DNA of 64,000 bases from positions 1,330 to 65,329 of the forward strand of contig JAWKNI010000011.1 in the NCBI GenBank assembly GCA_041391785.1, written 5' to 3'. Origin of the DNA: Flavobacteriales bacterium. GTDB lineage: Bacteria > Bacteroidota > Bacteroidia > Flavobacteriales_F > PHOS-HE28. Positions 51,189 to 62,678 of this stretch are shown piece by piece. The notes beneath the pieces are model-generated. The model saw only the letters and a program-made list of their open reading frames with translations. It was not told the DNA's origin and did no database searches. Position 1 is the stretch's first letter. Each line of letters begins with the position of its first letter. The position numbers and the translations under genes are program-made.

Positions 51189-52370
51189 TCAGAAATCCCA
51201 GCCGCTGGCCGGTTTCTGTGGCTTTGGGGCGGATATGGGCACCTGCCGTGGTGACGCGGACCGCTGTGTGGTGGACGTGTCCTGCGCGATGAAGATGTCC
51301 TTGTCCTTCTTCTGTCCGATATAGTCCAGTCCTACCCACATATCGAACAGCTTCTTATGGGTACGGCAGAAACGGGTCACGGTGCCCAAAGCGCCGCGCA
51401 GATCGCCATGATCGTAGGTAAGGTCCAGGAGGCCGGTGATCGTGGCCACATGCTCGGCTGATTTCAGACCCGTATGCTCACGCACATAGTCCAACAGGGC
51501 GTCCTTCCCCCGGCCTGTAAGCAGCTCAATGGCGTGGTGCAGCGTGCGGGCGAACTGCGCGGCGTGCATCACGATCTCCCGCGGCCGTATGGCCGTCCCG
51601 GCGATGACGATCGGTGCGATGCCCGTTTCCAGGAAGCGCAGGCTGCTGCGGCAGAGAAAGTCAACGGAGGTCTGTAGTTCGGTCAGATCCTTGACCACAT
51701 TGAGCTTGATCACGATCCGCATCAGGTCCCGCTCAACGTCCTTGAGGAACTTGGCATACTCCCGAACGAACTCCTCCAACTGCGGCATGCTGGACATGAA
51801 GAGTGCCGCAGGGATGTGGTCATGGTCCTGCTCCAGTTCATTCTTGACCACACGCATCCGCGCAATGGTGAGGTGACCACTGCCATTGCTTTGCCGCAAC
51901 TCCTTCACAGGCGCCATTTCGATGGTCCACGCCGGACGGAGGAAGGGGTGCCGGATGGGCGACTCGGCCGGGTCAGGGGTGCCCAATGGCTCCTTCAGCG
52001 TGGATGAGGCCCGCAGGACGATGTCGAAGGCGTCGCCCTCCACCATCAGTTGTTCCGGAACCTCGCCATTAAGGCGCAACGGGGTGTCGCTGGAGAGCAG
52101 TTCCACCCGGCTGCCGGCTGGTGTAACGGCACGGCATTGGCGCAATTCGACCAGGTATTTGGACCGCCCCTCGAACGAAAGCGAAAGGTCCAATGCCGCT
52201 TCGCCACCCGGTCCGGTGCCCAGCAGCCCATGGTCCATGAACGGGTCGTGCAGGCCACGTGCATCGCTGAGCCGGTCTTCCACCGCCTGTTGCATCTGCA
52301 AAAGGTGGGTCTTGGACATTTTCATGCCGTCCACCCAGTTCACATAACCGCTTCGGATAAGGTCGCTCAT
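51189..52370 (-). CDS. tssK: T6SS baseplate protein TssK.
   Basis: N-terminal 'VNWVDGMKMSKTHLLQMQQ' resembles the TssK 'NW.EGM.L.PQHFQQ' start. Size and position support the call. ATGA overlap with the upstream gene. Confidence 0.6.
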   Translation of the reverse strand: MSDLIRSGYVNWVDGMKMSKTHLLQMQQAVEDRLSDARGLHDPFMDHGLLGTGPGGEAALDLSLSFEGRSKYLVELRQCRAVTPAGSRVELLSSDTPLRLNGEVPEQLMVEGDAFDIVLRASSTLKEPLGTPDPAESPIRHPFLRPAWTIEMAPVKELRQSNGSGHLTIARMRVVKNELEQDHDHIPAALFMSSMPQLEEFVREYAKFLKDVERDLMRIVIKLNVVKDLTELQTSVDFLCRSSLRFLETGIAPIVIAGTAIRPREIVMHAAQFARTLHHAIELLTGRGKDALLDYVREHTGLKSAEHVATITGLLDLTYDHGDLRGALGTVTRFCRTHKKLFDMWVGLDYIGQKKDKDIFIAQDTSTTQRSASPRQVPISAPKPQKPASGWDF

Positions 52371-53284
52371 GACTGTTCGGTTGCCTGGTGAACGCGCTCG
52401 AAGAATACATCGCAGTCTCGTGTGATCTTGTTCTGTGCGATCGTCAACCTTGGGTCGAGGATGGCTTTTCCCCACGGCCATTTGCGCTGCTTACGGAGAA
52501 GATAATGCGGCTTGCGGAATACCCAACCTATGCTTCCATCGTCGTTCCGAAGGCTCATTATTGGGCTATTGGGGAACCTGTTCTCGTTGTAGTCCTTGAT
52601 GAACAAATAGGCCAGTTCGCCCAGCTCAGCATCCTCCGGTAGTTTGACGTTCACGGTGGTGAAGATGTCCTCTTGTTCTTTCCGCTTGAAGTGGAAGTTG
52701 GCGATCACGATCCGGTCCCTGTTCCAGGTGTGCTGCTGTTCCCTGTAGTTCTTTGGATAGTGCCAAAGCTCGTACCGCTTCGGCTCCAGCGCCATGGCGG
52801 CCCGGAAGGCCCAGACCAAAAGCGTGGGCAGTAACACAGCTATGGCGGTAGGGGCAACGATCCAGGTGAACGCACTGCTGCCCAAATCGAGGAGACCAGG
52901 AAGGAGCAGATGCGTGAGGGCGATGCCGACCCCCACCATCAAGGCACCCAATGCGGCCACGCCCAGTTCACTCCATACATGCCTTTCTTCCTCTGGAAGG
53001 CGGCTGGCCTTGAGGGCGAGGTGGATGCCAATTCCAAGGGATCCCAGCGCCGAGATGATCAGGACAGCCCGTGGTATGTGAATGGCCGTGGGCATGAAGG
53101 GGTCAAGCAGGGCCATGCATCCCATGAGCGCCCCCAACAGGAACAGGACCAGGAAGAACAGGAACGGTTTCCCACCCAAAGCTTGCGCCTTGCCGGCGCC
53201 AGCCTTCGCTTTGGCCGCTCCGCTCATGCCTTTGGATGCACCGCTTTGTGCATCCCTGAACGCTGATCCCTGTACTTGGCTCAT
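52367..53284 (-). CDS. Polytopic inner-membrane protein with a cytoplasmic C-terminal domain. Candidate TssN, the type-iii replacement for the membrane complex.
   Basis: At least 4 TM ('FLFFLVLFLLGALMGCMALL', 'AVLIISALGSLGIGIHLAL', ...). It sits between tssG and tssK. The family assignment is inferred from context. Confidence 0.5.
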   Translation of the reverse strand: MSQVQGSAFRDAQSGASKGMSGAAKAKAGAGKAQALGGKPFLFFLVLFLLGALMGCMALLDPFMPTAIHIPRAVLIISALGSLGIGIHLALKASRLPEEERHVWSELGVAALGALMVGVGIALTHLLLPGLLDLGSSAFTWIVAPTAIAVLLPTLLVWAFRAAMALEPKRYELWHYPKNYREQQHTWNRDRIVIANFHFKRKEQEDIFTTVNVKLPEDAELGELAYLFIKDYNENRFPNSPIMSLRNDDGSIGWVFRKPHYLLRKQRKWPWGKAILDPRLTIAQNKITRDCDVFFERVHQATEQS

Positions 53285-53306
53285 ATCCCCACCAGACCCA
53301 TCCGGG

Positions 53307-54257
53307 TCAATTCAATATGGATGAGACGCCTAATCTACATGAAACCCCTTCCTCCTCCAGTCTGGACCCGCTGGCAGATGGTGATACTTCGATGTCCAGT
53401 ACCCAGAGTTGGTCCCCAGCAGCAAAATACTCCATGAGCTTGTGGACCTTGGCTTCACCAGGTTGCTCCTGCCCGAAGGTATTCGCCTGGTCGGGGTCCA
53501 AGGGCCCGATGATGACATGCAGGAAACGCTCCACCGTGCTCATTGGCCCGTGCAACAATGTGTCCACACCGAGGTGCAGGGTATCCAGGGCCGGGGTGTC
53601 AGGAGGTGGGTCCCAATGGTCGTGGGCGTACCTATGGTCGATCCGGACCGGCAGGTCCAGGATCTCCCCGATCGCATCGGCCATGGCCACCAGGTCGCCT
53701 GTGATCCGGTGGCATTGGGGGAGGATCATCAGCAGGCGGCCAAGTTCCGCTCCAGAGAAGACCTTCGGTGGGTCCCAGAATCCTTTGACACCCTTGCCCG
53801 TGCGATCCTTCAACAGTTCGGCCGTGAGCCTCCGCTCGTTCAGTTCGACCTGCAGGCGTGTGCGCAGCAGTTCATGGTCCAAGGGGAGGAAGAAGGTGCG
53901 TGCGGCCTCCTCGATGGCGTTGTTGTGGCGGATCTCCTTCACGGCATCGTCTGCCCCGATGAACGGGCGCGAACGCTGCACCGGATGGAAAAGCCCTTCG
54001 GGGAGCAGATCATAGAGCCCGAGCCTGTTCACTTCAACAACAGGCTTGTTCCCTGCCCATTCCACCGTACCCCCAGGATGCATACGTGCGATGTCCGTAC
54101 TGGATGTTCGGCCAAAGCCGCCGTTTGGCCATTGAATGAACCCATCGGGGCCAATGGCGGCGGTCAATAGGAGTTCTGCGAGTACGGCCTCTGCCCGAAG
54201 GTCCACGCCATCGGACCGGAGCAAGCCATCCCAATATTCCCAGTTCCCGGCACTCAT
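53307..54257 (-). CDS. tssG: T6SS baseplate protein TssG.
   Basis: Position immediately after tssF with a 4-nt overlap; about 316 aa. Confidence 0.6.
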   Translation of the reverse strand: MSAGNWEYWDGLLRSDGVDLRAEAVLAELLLTAAIGPDGFIQWPNGGFGRTSSTDIARMHPGGTVEWAGNKPVVEVNRLGLYDLLPEGLFHPVQRSRPFIGADDAVKEIRHNNAIEEAARTFFLPLDHELLRTRLQVELNERRLTAELLKDRTGKGVKGFWDPPKVFSGAELGRLLMILPQCHRITGDLVAMADAIGEILDLPVRIDHRYAHDHWDPPPDTPALDTLHLGVDTLLHGPMSTVERFLHVIIGPLDPDQANTFGQEQPGEAKVHKLMEYFAAGDQLWVLDIEVSPSASGSRLEEEGVSCRLGVSSILN

Positions 54258-56044
54258 TGCAATCGTAAGGGCACACTGAGGGCCGATGCACTGTTCAATT
54301 CGGTTCGGAGCCGCTCCCTGAAGTACGCCGCATCACTGGTCGAAGTGGTCCTATCATCAAAGGTCAGCGTGATATCCAGGCAGCGCACCAGGCCCTGAAC
54401 AGGGTCGGCCGATGGCATGATCCCGCTTTCCACTGTGACGTTCTTGAGCTTGGCGCCACAGACCATTCGGCAATGCTCCATGATATCGCGCCGGGTCACC
54501 AGGCGTCCCCGTGATAGCACGGCCGCTCTGTACTGTTGCACCAGTTCCCTGCGCGATCCCCGGACACGGGCACCGATGGTGTTGGTCACCAATTGGATGG
54601 TGCCGCGCACGGCGATGTTCTGCCCTTTGCCCCTCAACAGGGTGCCGGCCGGAATGCCATTGGCCGCTTCACCATCGGTGGTCCAATAATGCAGATGTGC
54701 CGTTTCCGTGCGATCGAAGGGTCGCATGGCCACGTAGGCACGGGCTTGACCGGTGTTGGTCTCCTGCAACCGCCGCTCGATCCGTGAGAGGGCCTGCCCG
54801 ATCGAACGCAGATCGGTCACGGTAGACGCCACATCCATGGAGGCGAATGCTCTCGATTCCTCGCGGACCTGGTCCACAGCGTGCTGGAGCAATTCACTTC
54901 CGTCCCGCTCATCGTAGCGGGCGGTCGCTCCATGGCGCACCGTATAACTCCCCGGCGTGCTGTCCACCTGTTCGGCCGAAGGCACTTCGGCATAGGTCTG
55001 CCCCTTGTTGCTTTCTGCCTTTTCCATACCGAGAAAGGTCCCGGTGGCATCAAGTTGTTTGATGTTGAGTTCGTGCTGTAGACGGTAGATGGCCTTCTCC
55101 AGTCTGCGATTGATCACCGGCACGCATTGATCGAGCAATACCGCTTCATGGAGGAGTTGCGGGGAGATGTCCGATGGAAGATCGATCCTCAACCATCGTA
55201 TCGCTCCGGGGTCATCAAGGCCTGCTTCTTCGAGCGCCTCGGTGAAGCTTTCGGGTGGTGTACCGGGAAGGTGCCCGGTCCTGATCCGAACGAAGCGCTC
55301 ATGGTAGTAGGCACGCACACGCCTTTCAAGCAGGAACGACAGATCCGTATCCCCGGCCGCTTCCAAGGCCGTGTCCGACAGGGCAACACCGGTACCGCAG
55401 GGCAAGGGGGCGCCCTCCATATCATGCGCTGTGATCCGCGGCAGGGCCAACAGGCACCGTTCACGGGCCGAACTCCCCGGCCAGTCAAAGTAGAGGCGCA
55501 CCACCTCGTCCTCCTGGATGTCCCCATCGAAACCGAGGTACATGGCCTGGGGCTCCATGGCCTGCGGGAGGTTGGCCGCTGCGGTCCATCGGGATCCTTC
55601 CAGGGTGGCCAGCTCACTGCCCCAAACACGACAAACCAGCCGGATCCCGCCCAGTGGGACATCGCCGGCAACGGAAAAGCAGAACTCGCGTGTCTCGGGC
55701 CGGTTCATATTCTCCTTGCGGCGCACGGTCTGCTCGTAGGTCATCTCTTCATACCGCGTAGCTGTCAACCTCTTTTCCGGCTGAAGCCGCACAATACCAT
55801 GGGCCGGCTCGGCAATGGTGAGCACTTCGGGCAATAGGTACCGGGCGATGCGCTCGAACACCCGCGCATCGGAATCATGGATGGCATGGCCGATGCGTTC
55901 GACCTCCAGGGACATGGCTCCGAACAGCAGGTTCACCAGGGGGTCCACCTGGCCTGTCCGGATACCGGGCATGTTCCATACCTCGGCCGCCATACGCAGC
56001 AGCCGTTCCTTCACCTCGTCCCGTGATCCTCCGGCGTACTTCAT
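54254..56044 (-). CDS. tssF: T6SS baseplate protein TssF.
   Basis: About 596 aa between tssE and tssG, with typical size and order. Confidence 0.65.
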   Translation of the reverse strand: MKYAGGSRDEVKERLLRMAAEVWNMPGIRTGQVDPLVNLLFGAMSLEVERIGHAIHDSDARVFERIARYLLPEVLTIAEPAHGIVRLQPEKRLTATRYEEMTYEQTVRRKENMNRPETREFCFSVAGDVPLGGIRLVCRVWGSELATLEGSRWTAAANLPQAMEPQAMYLGFDGDIQEDEVVRLYFDWPGSSARERCLLALPRITAHDMEGAPLPCGTGVALSDTALEAAGDTDLSFLLERRVRAYYHERFVRIRTGHLPGTPPESFTEALEEAGLDDPGAIRWLRIDLPSDISPQLLHEAVLLDQCVPVINRRLEKAIYRLQHELNIKQLDATGTFLGMEKAESNKGQTYAEVPSAEQVDSTPGSYTVRHGATARYDERDGSELLQHAVDQVREESRAFASMDVASTVTDLRSIGQALSRIERRLQETNTGQARAYVAMRPFDRTETAHLHYWTTDGEAANGIPAGTLLRGKGQNIAVRGTIQLVTNTIGARVRGSRRELVQQYRAAVLSRGRLVTRRDIMEHCRMVCGAKLKNVTVESGIMPSADPVQGLVRCLDITLTFDDRTTSTSDAAYFRERLRTELNSASALSVPLRLQ

Positions 56045-56049
56045 GCGGT

Positions 56050-56496
56050 TCAGTCGTGGGAGAAGGGAGCCACCATCATGGTGTCCATGAAATGAAAGGT
56101 TTCATTCGTTCTGGCCAGCCGGGCATGGAGCGTGATCCTGAGCCTTCGCTTGAGGCGACCGGCCACATGGTTCCCCTGCTTCTGCTTGAATTCGGCCTGG
56201 TCCACTTCAGCTTTCACATGCACATCGGTGAGCCGGCCCTCATAGCGCTCGATCATTTCCTTCATGTGCTGCGCCATGCGGTCCATCCAGACGGCCGATG
56301 CCTGCACGGTGCTGAACTGATGATCCCACAATTCGCACCCGTACTCCGGGTCAGGTGGGTACTCGTCCTTCGCGGTGGTCAGTAGTAGATAGATGTGGTT
56401 GGCGATGCTCGCATCCTCGGGCACCACCGGGAAGGCTCCCTCTTCAAGGAACCCCAGCACGTCCATGGGCATGCCCGATGCGGTTCCCGGCTCCAT
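56050..56496 (-). CDS. tssE: T6SS baseplate wedge protein TssE (gp25-like).
   Basis: About 148 aa; 'IANHIYLLLTTAKDEYPPDPEYGCELWD' resembles gp25/GPW. Confidence 0.7.
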   Translation of the reverse strand: MEPGTASGMPMDVLGFLEEGAFPVVPEDASIANHIYLLLTTAKDEYPPDPEYGCELWDHQFSTVQASAVWMDRMAQHMKEMIERYEGRLTDVHVKAEVDQAEFKQKQGNHVAGRLKRRLRITLHARLARTNETFHFMDTMMVAPFSHD

Positions 56497-56500
56497 GCGA

Positions 56501-58282
56501 TCAATTGATCTTCACAAGGGATCCCTTTACCTGTGTCACCGCACTTGCGCTCAACTCGGAGGTGGCACCCTTCAAGGCCAGTTGACCGGTCGCTACCAAC
56601 TCAACGTTCCCGGCCGCCGTGACCTCGGCATTGGCCATGGCGCTCATTTTCACATTGCTTCGCGATTCCACGCTGAAATCACCACCAGATTCGACCAGGA
56701 GATCCTGACCAGCTGTCATTTTGATGTCTCCCCCGGCCTCAAGGGTCAGGCCATTGCCCGCCTTGAGGATGAGTTCCCCATCCGTGCGAATGGTCAAGGT
56801 ACCCGATGAATCACAATTCAATTCCAATGTGTTCTTTTCGTTCTGGATGGTGATGATGCCATTGTCATTGAAGATGATCTCATTCCCGGAACGCGTTCGA
56901 ATGGCCTTCAGTTCATTCTTGTCACCGGCCATTCCTGGTTGTCCATGCTGCCCATTGTACAGAGACCCCACTATGTACGGGGAGCGATCCCTTCCCATTT
57001 CAAAGGCTACCATGACCTCGTCGCCGAGTTCTGGCACGAAGTAGAATCCCCTGTCATCGCCGGCATGTGGCTGGAGCATGCGAAGCCACGGGGAGTGGGC
57101 CGATCCCCATTCGAAGGCTACGCGAACGCGGCCCAATTTTTCCGGATCCTCATTCAACACCACAGTTGCCCGGGAACTCTCGATCCGCGGTGACGCGATC
57201 CGGATCGATGCCGGGATACTTGCTCCCGACGGGACGGCTTGGAAATAGTTCTGGTAGTTATCGCGGCCACGGCAGGTATGGGTCACCTGGGTCACCACAT
57301 ATTCTCCGCTGTGTGCGAAGCCATCGAGCTTGATCGTGGCACCCACCTGGATCTCCGCCAGATCACTTGATCCCACGATCTTGTGGGTGTCGTTGGCCTG
57401 GCCCTGTCGCATCCGGTCCATCGTCGCTCGGATCGTATCCCGCTTGGGCTGGCCCTCCTCGCCATCGGCGAAAGAGGGGAACGGATGGTTCACGTTCTTG
57501 TCGCTCGCTGCGGGATAGAGTTCATCGGACTTCTTGAGGATCTTCGAGGCGATGCTGTCCGAATGGCTGGGTTCGGCTCCCTGAAGCTCCACTTTTTCGT
57601 TCGCCAGATAATCCCATGCTGATAGGGTAGGGGGCGGCTGTGTGGTAGAGAAGGTGAAGTCAAGTGATTGGACACGCTGGAGGCCCAGGTTCAATGCGGG
57701 GGCATCGGAAATGCCCAAACGGATCTTCTGTCCATCATAGTAGAACCATTCACCATGCTCATGCATGATCCGGCACATGAAGTCGAAGTCCGTTTCGTTG
57801 TATTGCACTACGAATGGGAGCTTCTCCTTGAAGGTGAGATGGTCCTCCGCCTTGAGCTTTTCGCTCAGGTTGCTGCCGTTCGCCTGGTCGTACAACTCTT
57901 TCAGGCCCACCTCGGCGTACGTATCTGAATTCGGCGCCGAATCCATGAGGATCGTGGGGCTCTTACCGGTGATCGTCACCAGCATGTGGTCCTTCTGTTG
58001 TCCGCTTACCGATACGTCCATCACGATCCCCTTGAAAGAAGATCGGTCCGTACCCTTGCTCTCCTTTTTGGACAGGCTCGTTTCCCAATCGATCAGGATG
58101 GTCTCCCCGATAAGGTCGGGAAGTTTATCGAACAACTGATCGCTCTTTGGCTCAATGGAGGCGCTGGGCACCACCACCTCGAAAGAGTGGTGTCCGAAGA
58201 TGGTCTGAACAACGTTAACGCTGCGCACACTGAGCAGCTCCTTGTCGTTCACGGAGACCTTCAGGAAGATCTTCTCTGCCAT
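56501..58282 (-). CDS. vgrG: VgrG (TssI) spike protein of 593 aa with no C-terminal toxin extension.
   Basis: gp27/gp5-like architecture; 'VTQVTHTCRGRDNYQNYFQAVP', beta-helix repeats near the C-terminus. Confidence 0.8.
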   Translation of the reverse strand: MAEKIFLKVSVNDKELLSVRSVNVVQTIFGHHSFEVVVPSASIEPKSDQLFDKLPDLIGETILIDWETSLSKKESKGTDRSSFKGIVMDVSVSGQQKDHMLVTITGKSPTILMDSAPNSDTYAEVGLKELYDQANGSNLSEKLKAEDHLTFKEKLPFVVQYNETDFDFMCRIMHEHGEWFYYDGQKIRLGISDAPALNLGLQRVQSLDFTFSTTQPPPTLSAWDYLANEKVELQGAEPSHSDSIASKILKKSDELYPAASDKNVNHPFPSFADGEEGQPKRDTIRATMDRMRQGQANDTHKIVGSSDLAEIQVGATIKLDGFAHSGEYVVTQVTHTCRGRDNYQNYFQAVPSGASIPASIRIASPRIESSRATVVLNEDPEKLGRVRVAFEWGSAHSPWLRMLQPHAGDDRGFYFVPELGDEVMVAFEMGRDRSPYIVGSLYNGQHGQPGMAGDKNELKAIRTRSGNEIIFNDNGIITIQNEKNTLELNCDSSGTLTIRTDGELILKAGNGLTLEAGGDIKMTAGQDLLVESGGDFSVESRSNVKMSAMANAEVTAAGNVELVATGQLALKGATSELSASAVTQVKGSLVKIN

Positions 58283-58318
58283 GGCCGTATCGATTCAAAG
58301 GGTGGTACGCCTTGCCGA

Positions 58319-59677
58319 TCACTCCTGTGCATATTCCGACTGCCATTCGGCGCTGTCGGGGTCGTCGCCCTTCTGACCGTCCAGTTTGAACACGTAGTTC
58401 TTGGCCGGGAAGTAGGGGGTCATGTGGATGTCCAGGAAGATCCGGTCCTTTTGGTTGGGGTCTTGTTCGAAGCGCAAGATCTTGAACTTCTCGATCAGCT
58501 TGCCCGGTCCGCAAACGCCGTCCAGGAACTTCACGATCTGCGAACGGATCTCGCGCTGGGTCTTCGAGTTGAAGTTCTCGAAGGCGCGGCGGTTCAGGAA
58601 ATCCATGAGCACCTTGGAGATGTAGTCGAACACGCGGACCACCGAGTAGGTCTGCAGGCCGATATTGTCCCCATTGAAGAGGGTCTTTGCCGAGAAGGCC
58701 ATCACCTTGCCGTACTCGTTCACCATGGGCACCAAGCCCATCTTCTCCATGGCGGCCACTTCGCTTTTGCGCAGATCGAAGGCCACGGAATCCACCTCGT
58801 TCATGGAACCATGCTTCTTCCCGGCGGTGACCTGCGACATCAGCGTGTTGTAGATCTTGCCGGCCAGGGCCCCGGAAGGCGGAACGAAAAGATGTTCTTC
58901 CTCGCCGACCTCTGCGGCCTTGTCTCGACCCACCAGCCAGTTGGCGGCCATCACCACGTTGCTCTTGTACACGTCGCCACCGGACAGGTTGGCATTGGCG
59001 AACATGGCCATTACATCGTCGGGTGTGTCCAGGTGTTGGAAGTCCGTCACCAAGGTCGCCTTGTTCTTGTGGCAGAACTTCGCCCATTTCTCCACCACCT
59101 TGTTGGAGCCGAGGTAGCCGGGAATGCAAACGATGCCGTAGTTGTCGCGCAGGTCGAGCCTGTCATAGCAATCCTTCAATTCCTGCTCCACGGAATCAAT
59201 GAACGTGGTGTTGTCCAGATCGGATAGTTGCTCCATGGACGCGTTCATGATGTTCACGTTCTTGAGCTTGTCGCTTTCGGTGTTCTTGTAGAAAAGGGCC
59301 ACCGAGCGATAGCTCCGCTCCATATCCGCTGTGGTGTTCAATGCGGTGAGCAGGTTCTGGCGGTAGAGCTTATCAGTGGCTTCGCTTTTCTCTTCACAAC
59401 CGCGGATCACCTCTCCAACATCGTCCGATGAGGTGAGCGTATCGATCCACAGCTTCAATTTGCCCGCGAGTTGTTTGCGTTCATCGGTGTACTGTGCCTC
59501 GTTCAGGAAGATGTTGCGGCGGGCCTTGCTCTCGGGGTTCAGGTTCGCCACACCGTCCACGACGGCGCTAAGCAGATCGAAGCCGCCGAATTTGGCGAGG
59601 GCATCCAGGTGGTCCTTCAGGCCGCCTTCCCGGAGTTTCTCCGCCGACTTGGTCTCCTTTTGGTTCTCGGTGCTCAT
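58319..59677 (-). CDS. tssC: T6SS sheath large subunit TssC (VipB).
   Basis: 452 aa with a TssC-like core, adjacent to tssB. Confidence 0.8.
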   Translation of the reverse strand: MSTENQKETKSAEKLREGGLKDHLDALAKFGGFDLLSAVVDGVANLNPESKARRNIFLNEAQYTDERKQLAGKLKLWIDTLTSSDDVGEVIRGCEEKSEATDKLYRQNLLTALNTTADMERSYRSVALFYKNTESDKLKNVNIMNASMEQLSDLDNTTFIDSVEQELKDCYDRLDLRDNYGIVCIPGYLGSNKVVEKWAKFCHKNKATLVTDFQHLDTPDDVMAMFANANLSGGDVYKSNVVMAANWLVGRDKAAEVGEEEHLFVPPSGALAGKIYNTLMSQVTAGKKHGSMNEVDSVAFDLRKSEVAAMEKMGLVPMVNEYGKVMAFSAKTLFNGDNIGLQTYSVVRVFDYISKVLMDFLNRRAFENFNSKTQREIRSQIVKFLDGVCGPGKLIEKFKILRFEQDPNQKDRIFLDIHMTPYFPAKNYVFKLDGQKGDDPDSAEWQSEYAQE

Positions 59678-59714
59678 GGAAGTAGATTGGAGCTAATTGG
59701 TGGATGGCGGTCGG

Positions 59715-60164
59715 TTATTTCTGGTCCAGTTCGGCGGCCAGTTCTTTCAAGGCTTCGATCACGGCGGCCTTGGCCGAAGGGTCCTGCATGGCGGCCACGA
59801 AGCGTTTGTTGCTCCGGAGCTGTTTCACCACCTTCATCAGTTCGGTCTGTTGCAGGTTGAGGTCCTGGAGGAAGCCGCTTTGTTTGGTGAGTCCTTTCGG
59901 ACCGAAATCACCCAGGTTGCCGAAGCTCAGTTCCTCCTTCACCTCGGCACCATCGGCACCGGTGAAGGCCGCTTCGACCTTCGGCTTGAAGTGGGCGAAG
60001 ACCGCTTCCACGTTCGTGAGACCTTCCACCACCTGTGGCCGCACGGGATCATCGCCGGTGAGCTTCTGGATCATCAGGGTCTTGTTCTGCGGAAGGTCGG
60101 CGAACGCCTCGCTTGCATCAACCGGGCGCTCGGTGCCGCCGATGCCATATTCGAACTCTGCCAT
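59715..60164 (-). CDS. tssB: T6SS sheath small subunit TssB (VipA).
   Basis: 149 aa, immediately upstream of tssC. Confidence 0.75.
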   Translation of the reverse strand: MAEFEYGIGGTERPVDASEAFADLPQNKTLMIQKLTGDDPVRPQVVEGLTNVEAVFAHFKPKVEAAFTGADGAEVKEELSFGNLGDFGPKGLTKQSGFLQDLNLQQTELMKVVKQLRSNKRFVAAMQDPSAKAAVIEALKELAAELDQK

Positions 60165-60181
60165 GGTAAGGGAATGGTTGT

Positions 60182-62653
60182 TTAAACGATGTTGAACTGG
60201 AAGTCGCCGTCCTTCAGGGTGGTATGGATGGTCTGTCCTTTGGTCACCTGCTGGCCGATGATCATGCGGGAAATGGGTCTGCGCAACCGATTGCGGATCA
60301 CATTGCGTAAGGGTCGCGCACCATATTGGGGGGTGAAGCCCTCCATGGCCAGTGCGCGTCGGGTATCCGGATCGAGCGCGAGATGGATCCCTTGCAGTTC
60401 GAGTGCTTTTTCAAGCTGCTTCAACTGGATGTTGAAGATAAGCTCCACGGTCTCTTCACTGATCGGGCGGAATGGCAATATCTCCGTCAATCGGGCCAGG
60501 AATTCGGGCCTGAAGTGGCGCGACATGATCTCCATCAGGTCGGTCGATCCAGGGATCCGCCCCGAGGCGAACTCCTCGATGATATGCTGGCTGCCGATGT
60601 TGGAGGTGAACAGGATCACCGCGTTCGAGAAATCGCCCTCCCGTCCCAGCCGGTCGTGGAGCTTGCCTTCGTCCAGGATCTGCAGGAACAGATCGAACAC
60701 CGAAGGGTGGGCCTTCTCGATCTCGTCGAAGAGCACGATCGCATAAGGCTGCTGCCGGATCTTGTTCACGAGCAGGCCACCTTCCTTATAGCCCACGTAT
60801 CCGGGAGGCGCACCGTACAAGAGAGCCGCGCTGTGCTCCTCCTTGAACTCGCTCATGTCGAAGCGGATCAGGCTGTTCTCATCGGCGAACAACAGTTCGG
60901 CCAGGGCTTTGGCCAGTTCCGTCTTACCCGTACCGGTTGGGCCCAGGAAGAAGAAGGAGCCGATGGGTAGACCGGCCTTGTTCAACCCGGAACGGCTTTC
61001 CAGTATGGAATCCGCAAGGATCTTGATCGCGTGGTCCTGGCCGATCACCCGCTTCTTCAAGATCCCTTCGATACCCATCAGGCGTTCCTGTTCCTGGGCC
61101 TGCACCTTGCCGATGGGGATCCCTGTCTTGTGGGACACGATAGCGGCGATATCCTCCTTATCCACACCGGTCTTCTTGGTCCCGGCAAGGTTTTCCAGGC
61201 GCTCCAGCATACCGGATAGATGCTCCCTGACGGCTTGAGCGGCCTCAAGCTTGGCCACATCGACCTCATCGTTGAGCATGCCCAGGAAAACCGGGCTCAA
61301 CGTGCCGGTCATCTCGGAGTGCAGGTGGCGAAGCTCCTCCAGTTCAGCGGTGTCGCCCGTCTCTCCAAGGCCTTGCAGCCTGTCCTTCAATTGACCCACC
61401 TGGTCGGCCGATGTCTCGTTCATCATCCGGATGGAGGCGAGGGTACGGTCGATCAGGTCGATGGCGGCATCGGGCAGGCGTCGTTCCTTGAGGTACCTCC
61501 GCGACAGACGGATCGACTCGTCAAGGCCGTTCTCGTGCACCTCGATACCGTGGTGCGACACGTACAAGGGGACCACGGTCTTGAGCATCTGCTTGCACAC
61601 CGCGTCGGTGGGTTCTTCCACCCGCACCACTTCGAAGCGGCGCATGAAGGCCTCTTCACCCTCCAGGAATTCCCGGTATTCGTCGTTCGTGGTGGCTCCG
61701 ATCACGGTCAGTTCGCCCCGGGCCAGTTCGGGTTTCAGCAGATTGGCACAGCCGGCCAGGCCCCTGTTCTCGTCGAAAAGGGCGTGGATCTCGTCAATGA
61801 ACAGGATCGCCTTTTCATGCCCCTTCACCCCGCCAATGACGTTCTTGATCCGGTCCTCCACTTCCCCTTTGTAGGAAGCTCCGGCGACCAAAGCGCCCAG
61901 GTCCAGTTCCAGCAGCCGGGCTCCTTTCAGGTGCGGGGGCACCTTGCCCGCCTGAAGGTCCAAGGCGAATCCTTCCACCAGTGCGGTCTTGCCTACGCCG
62001 GGATCACCCAATATGATCACGTTGGGCTTCGATCGCCGACCAAGGATCTCGGTCATCATACGCACTTCCTTGTCGCGCCCGATGATGGGATCGATCTTGC
62101 CTGCAGCCGCCAGTGCCACCTTGTCGATGCAATAGGCACCGAGCGCCTTGGAAGAGCCAGGAGATGATCCGTTGTCCGTCACTATTCCGTTCGGCAGGCC
62201 TGTCCCATGGCCGTCCGCACCGAGCTTGGGCGCGTCCACATGGTCCATGATCTCCTGCCTGTTCAACGGGAAGGATTTCAGCTGCTCGTAGCTGAACCCG
62301 ACCCCAGGTGTACAAAGGGCGGTAAGCAGGCACAAGGCATCCACCTCGCTCCGGCCGAATTTGATCTTCACGTAATCGGCTTCCCGGATAACCGAATCCA
62401 CCTGCGTGTCGGTGCCCGGTGTGCTGACAGGCCCGGACGCCTTGGGGTAGGCCTCGATGCGCATGTCGGCCCATTCGCGCATGTAGCCCACATCCTTCTG
62501 CATACTGTCCAGAAAGGGCGAAAGTCCATGTTCCTTGTGCAACACGGCCTTAAGCACATGACAAGCACCAATGGAGCCATGGCCATGATCCTTGGCGATC
62601 AATCCAGCCATCGACAGGGCTTCGCCCACAGGGGCGTTGAGGGTAGTGCTCAT
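60182..62653 (-). CDS. clpV: ClpV (TssH) AAA+ ATPase.
   Basis: Two AAA modules (Walker A 'GDPGVGKT' and 'GPTGTGKT') and a Clp N-domain; 823 aa. Confidence 0.9.
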   Translation of the reverse strand: MSTTLNAPVGEALSMAGLIAKDHGHGSIGACHVLKAVLHKEHGLSPFLDSMQKDVGYMREWADMRIEAYPKASGPVSTPGTDTQVDSVIREADYVKIKFGRSEVDALCLLTALCTPGVGFSYEQLKSFPLNRQEIMDHVDAPKLGADGHGTGLPNGIVTDNGSSPGSSKALGAYCIDKVALAAAGKIDPIIGRDKEVRMMTEILGRRSKPNVIILGDPGVGKTALVEGFALDLQAGKVPPHLKGARLLELDLGALVAGASYKGEVEDRIKNVIGGVKGHEKAILFIDEIHALFDENRGLAGCANLLKPELARGELTVIGATTNDEYREFLEGEEAFMRRFEVVRVEEPTDAVCKQMLKTVVPLYVSHHGIEVHENGLDESIRLSRRYLKERRLPDAAIDLIDRTLASIRMMNETSADQVGQLKDRLQGLGETGDTAELEELRHLHSEMTGTLSPVFLGMLNDEVDVAKLEAAQAVREHLSGMLERLENLAGTKKTGVDKEDIAAIVSHKTGIPIGKVQAQEQERLMGIEGILKKRVIGQDHAIKILADSILESRSGLNKAGLPIGSFFFLGPTGTGKTELAKALAELLFADENSLIRFDMSEFKEEHSAALLYGAPPGYVGYKEGGLLVNKIRQQPYAIVLFDEIEKAHPSVFDLFLQILDEGKLHDRLGREGDFSNAVILFTSNIGSQHIIEEFASGRIPGSTDLMEIMSRHFRPEFLARLTEILPFRPISEETVELIFNIQLKQLEKALELQGIHLALDPDTRRALAMEGFTPQYGARPLRNVIRNRLRRPISRMIIGQQVTKGQTIHTTLKDGDFQFNIV

Positions 62654-62678
62654 TGGGCTGTGCCTGCTATGGACAAGG

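Noticed and set aside
57986-59227. 413-aa plus-strand ORF
   Set aside because: It is antisense to vgrG and tssC, with spurious GC-rich composition.
61220-62167. 315-aa plus-strand ORF
   Set aside because: It is antisense to clpV.
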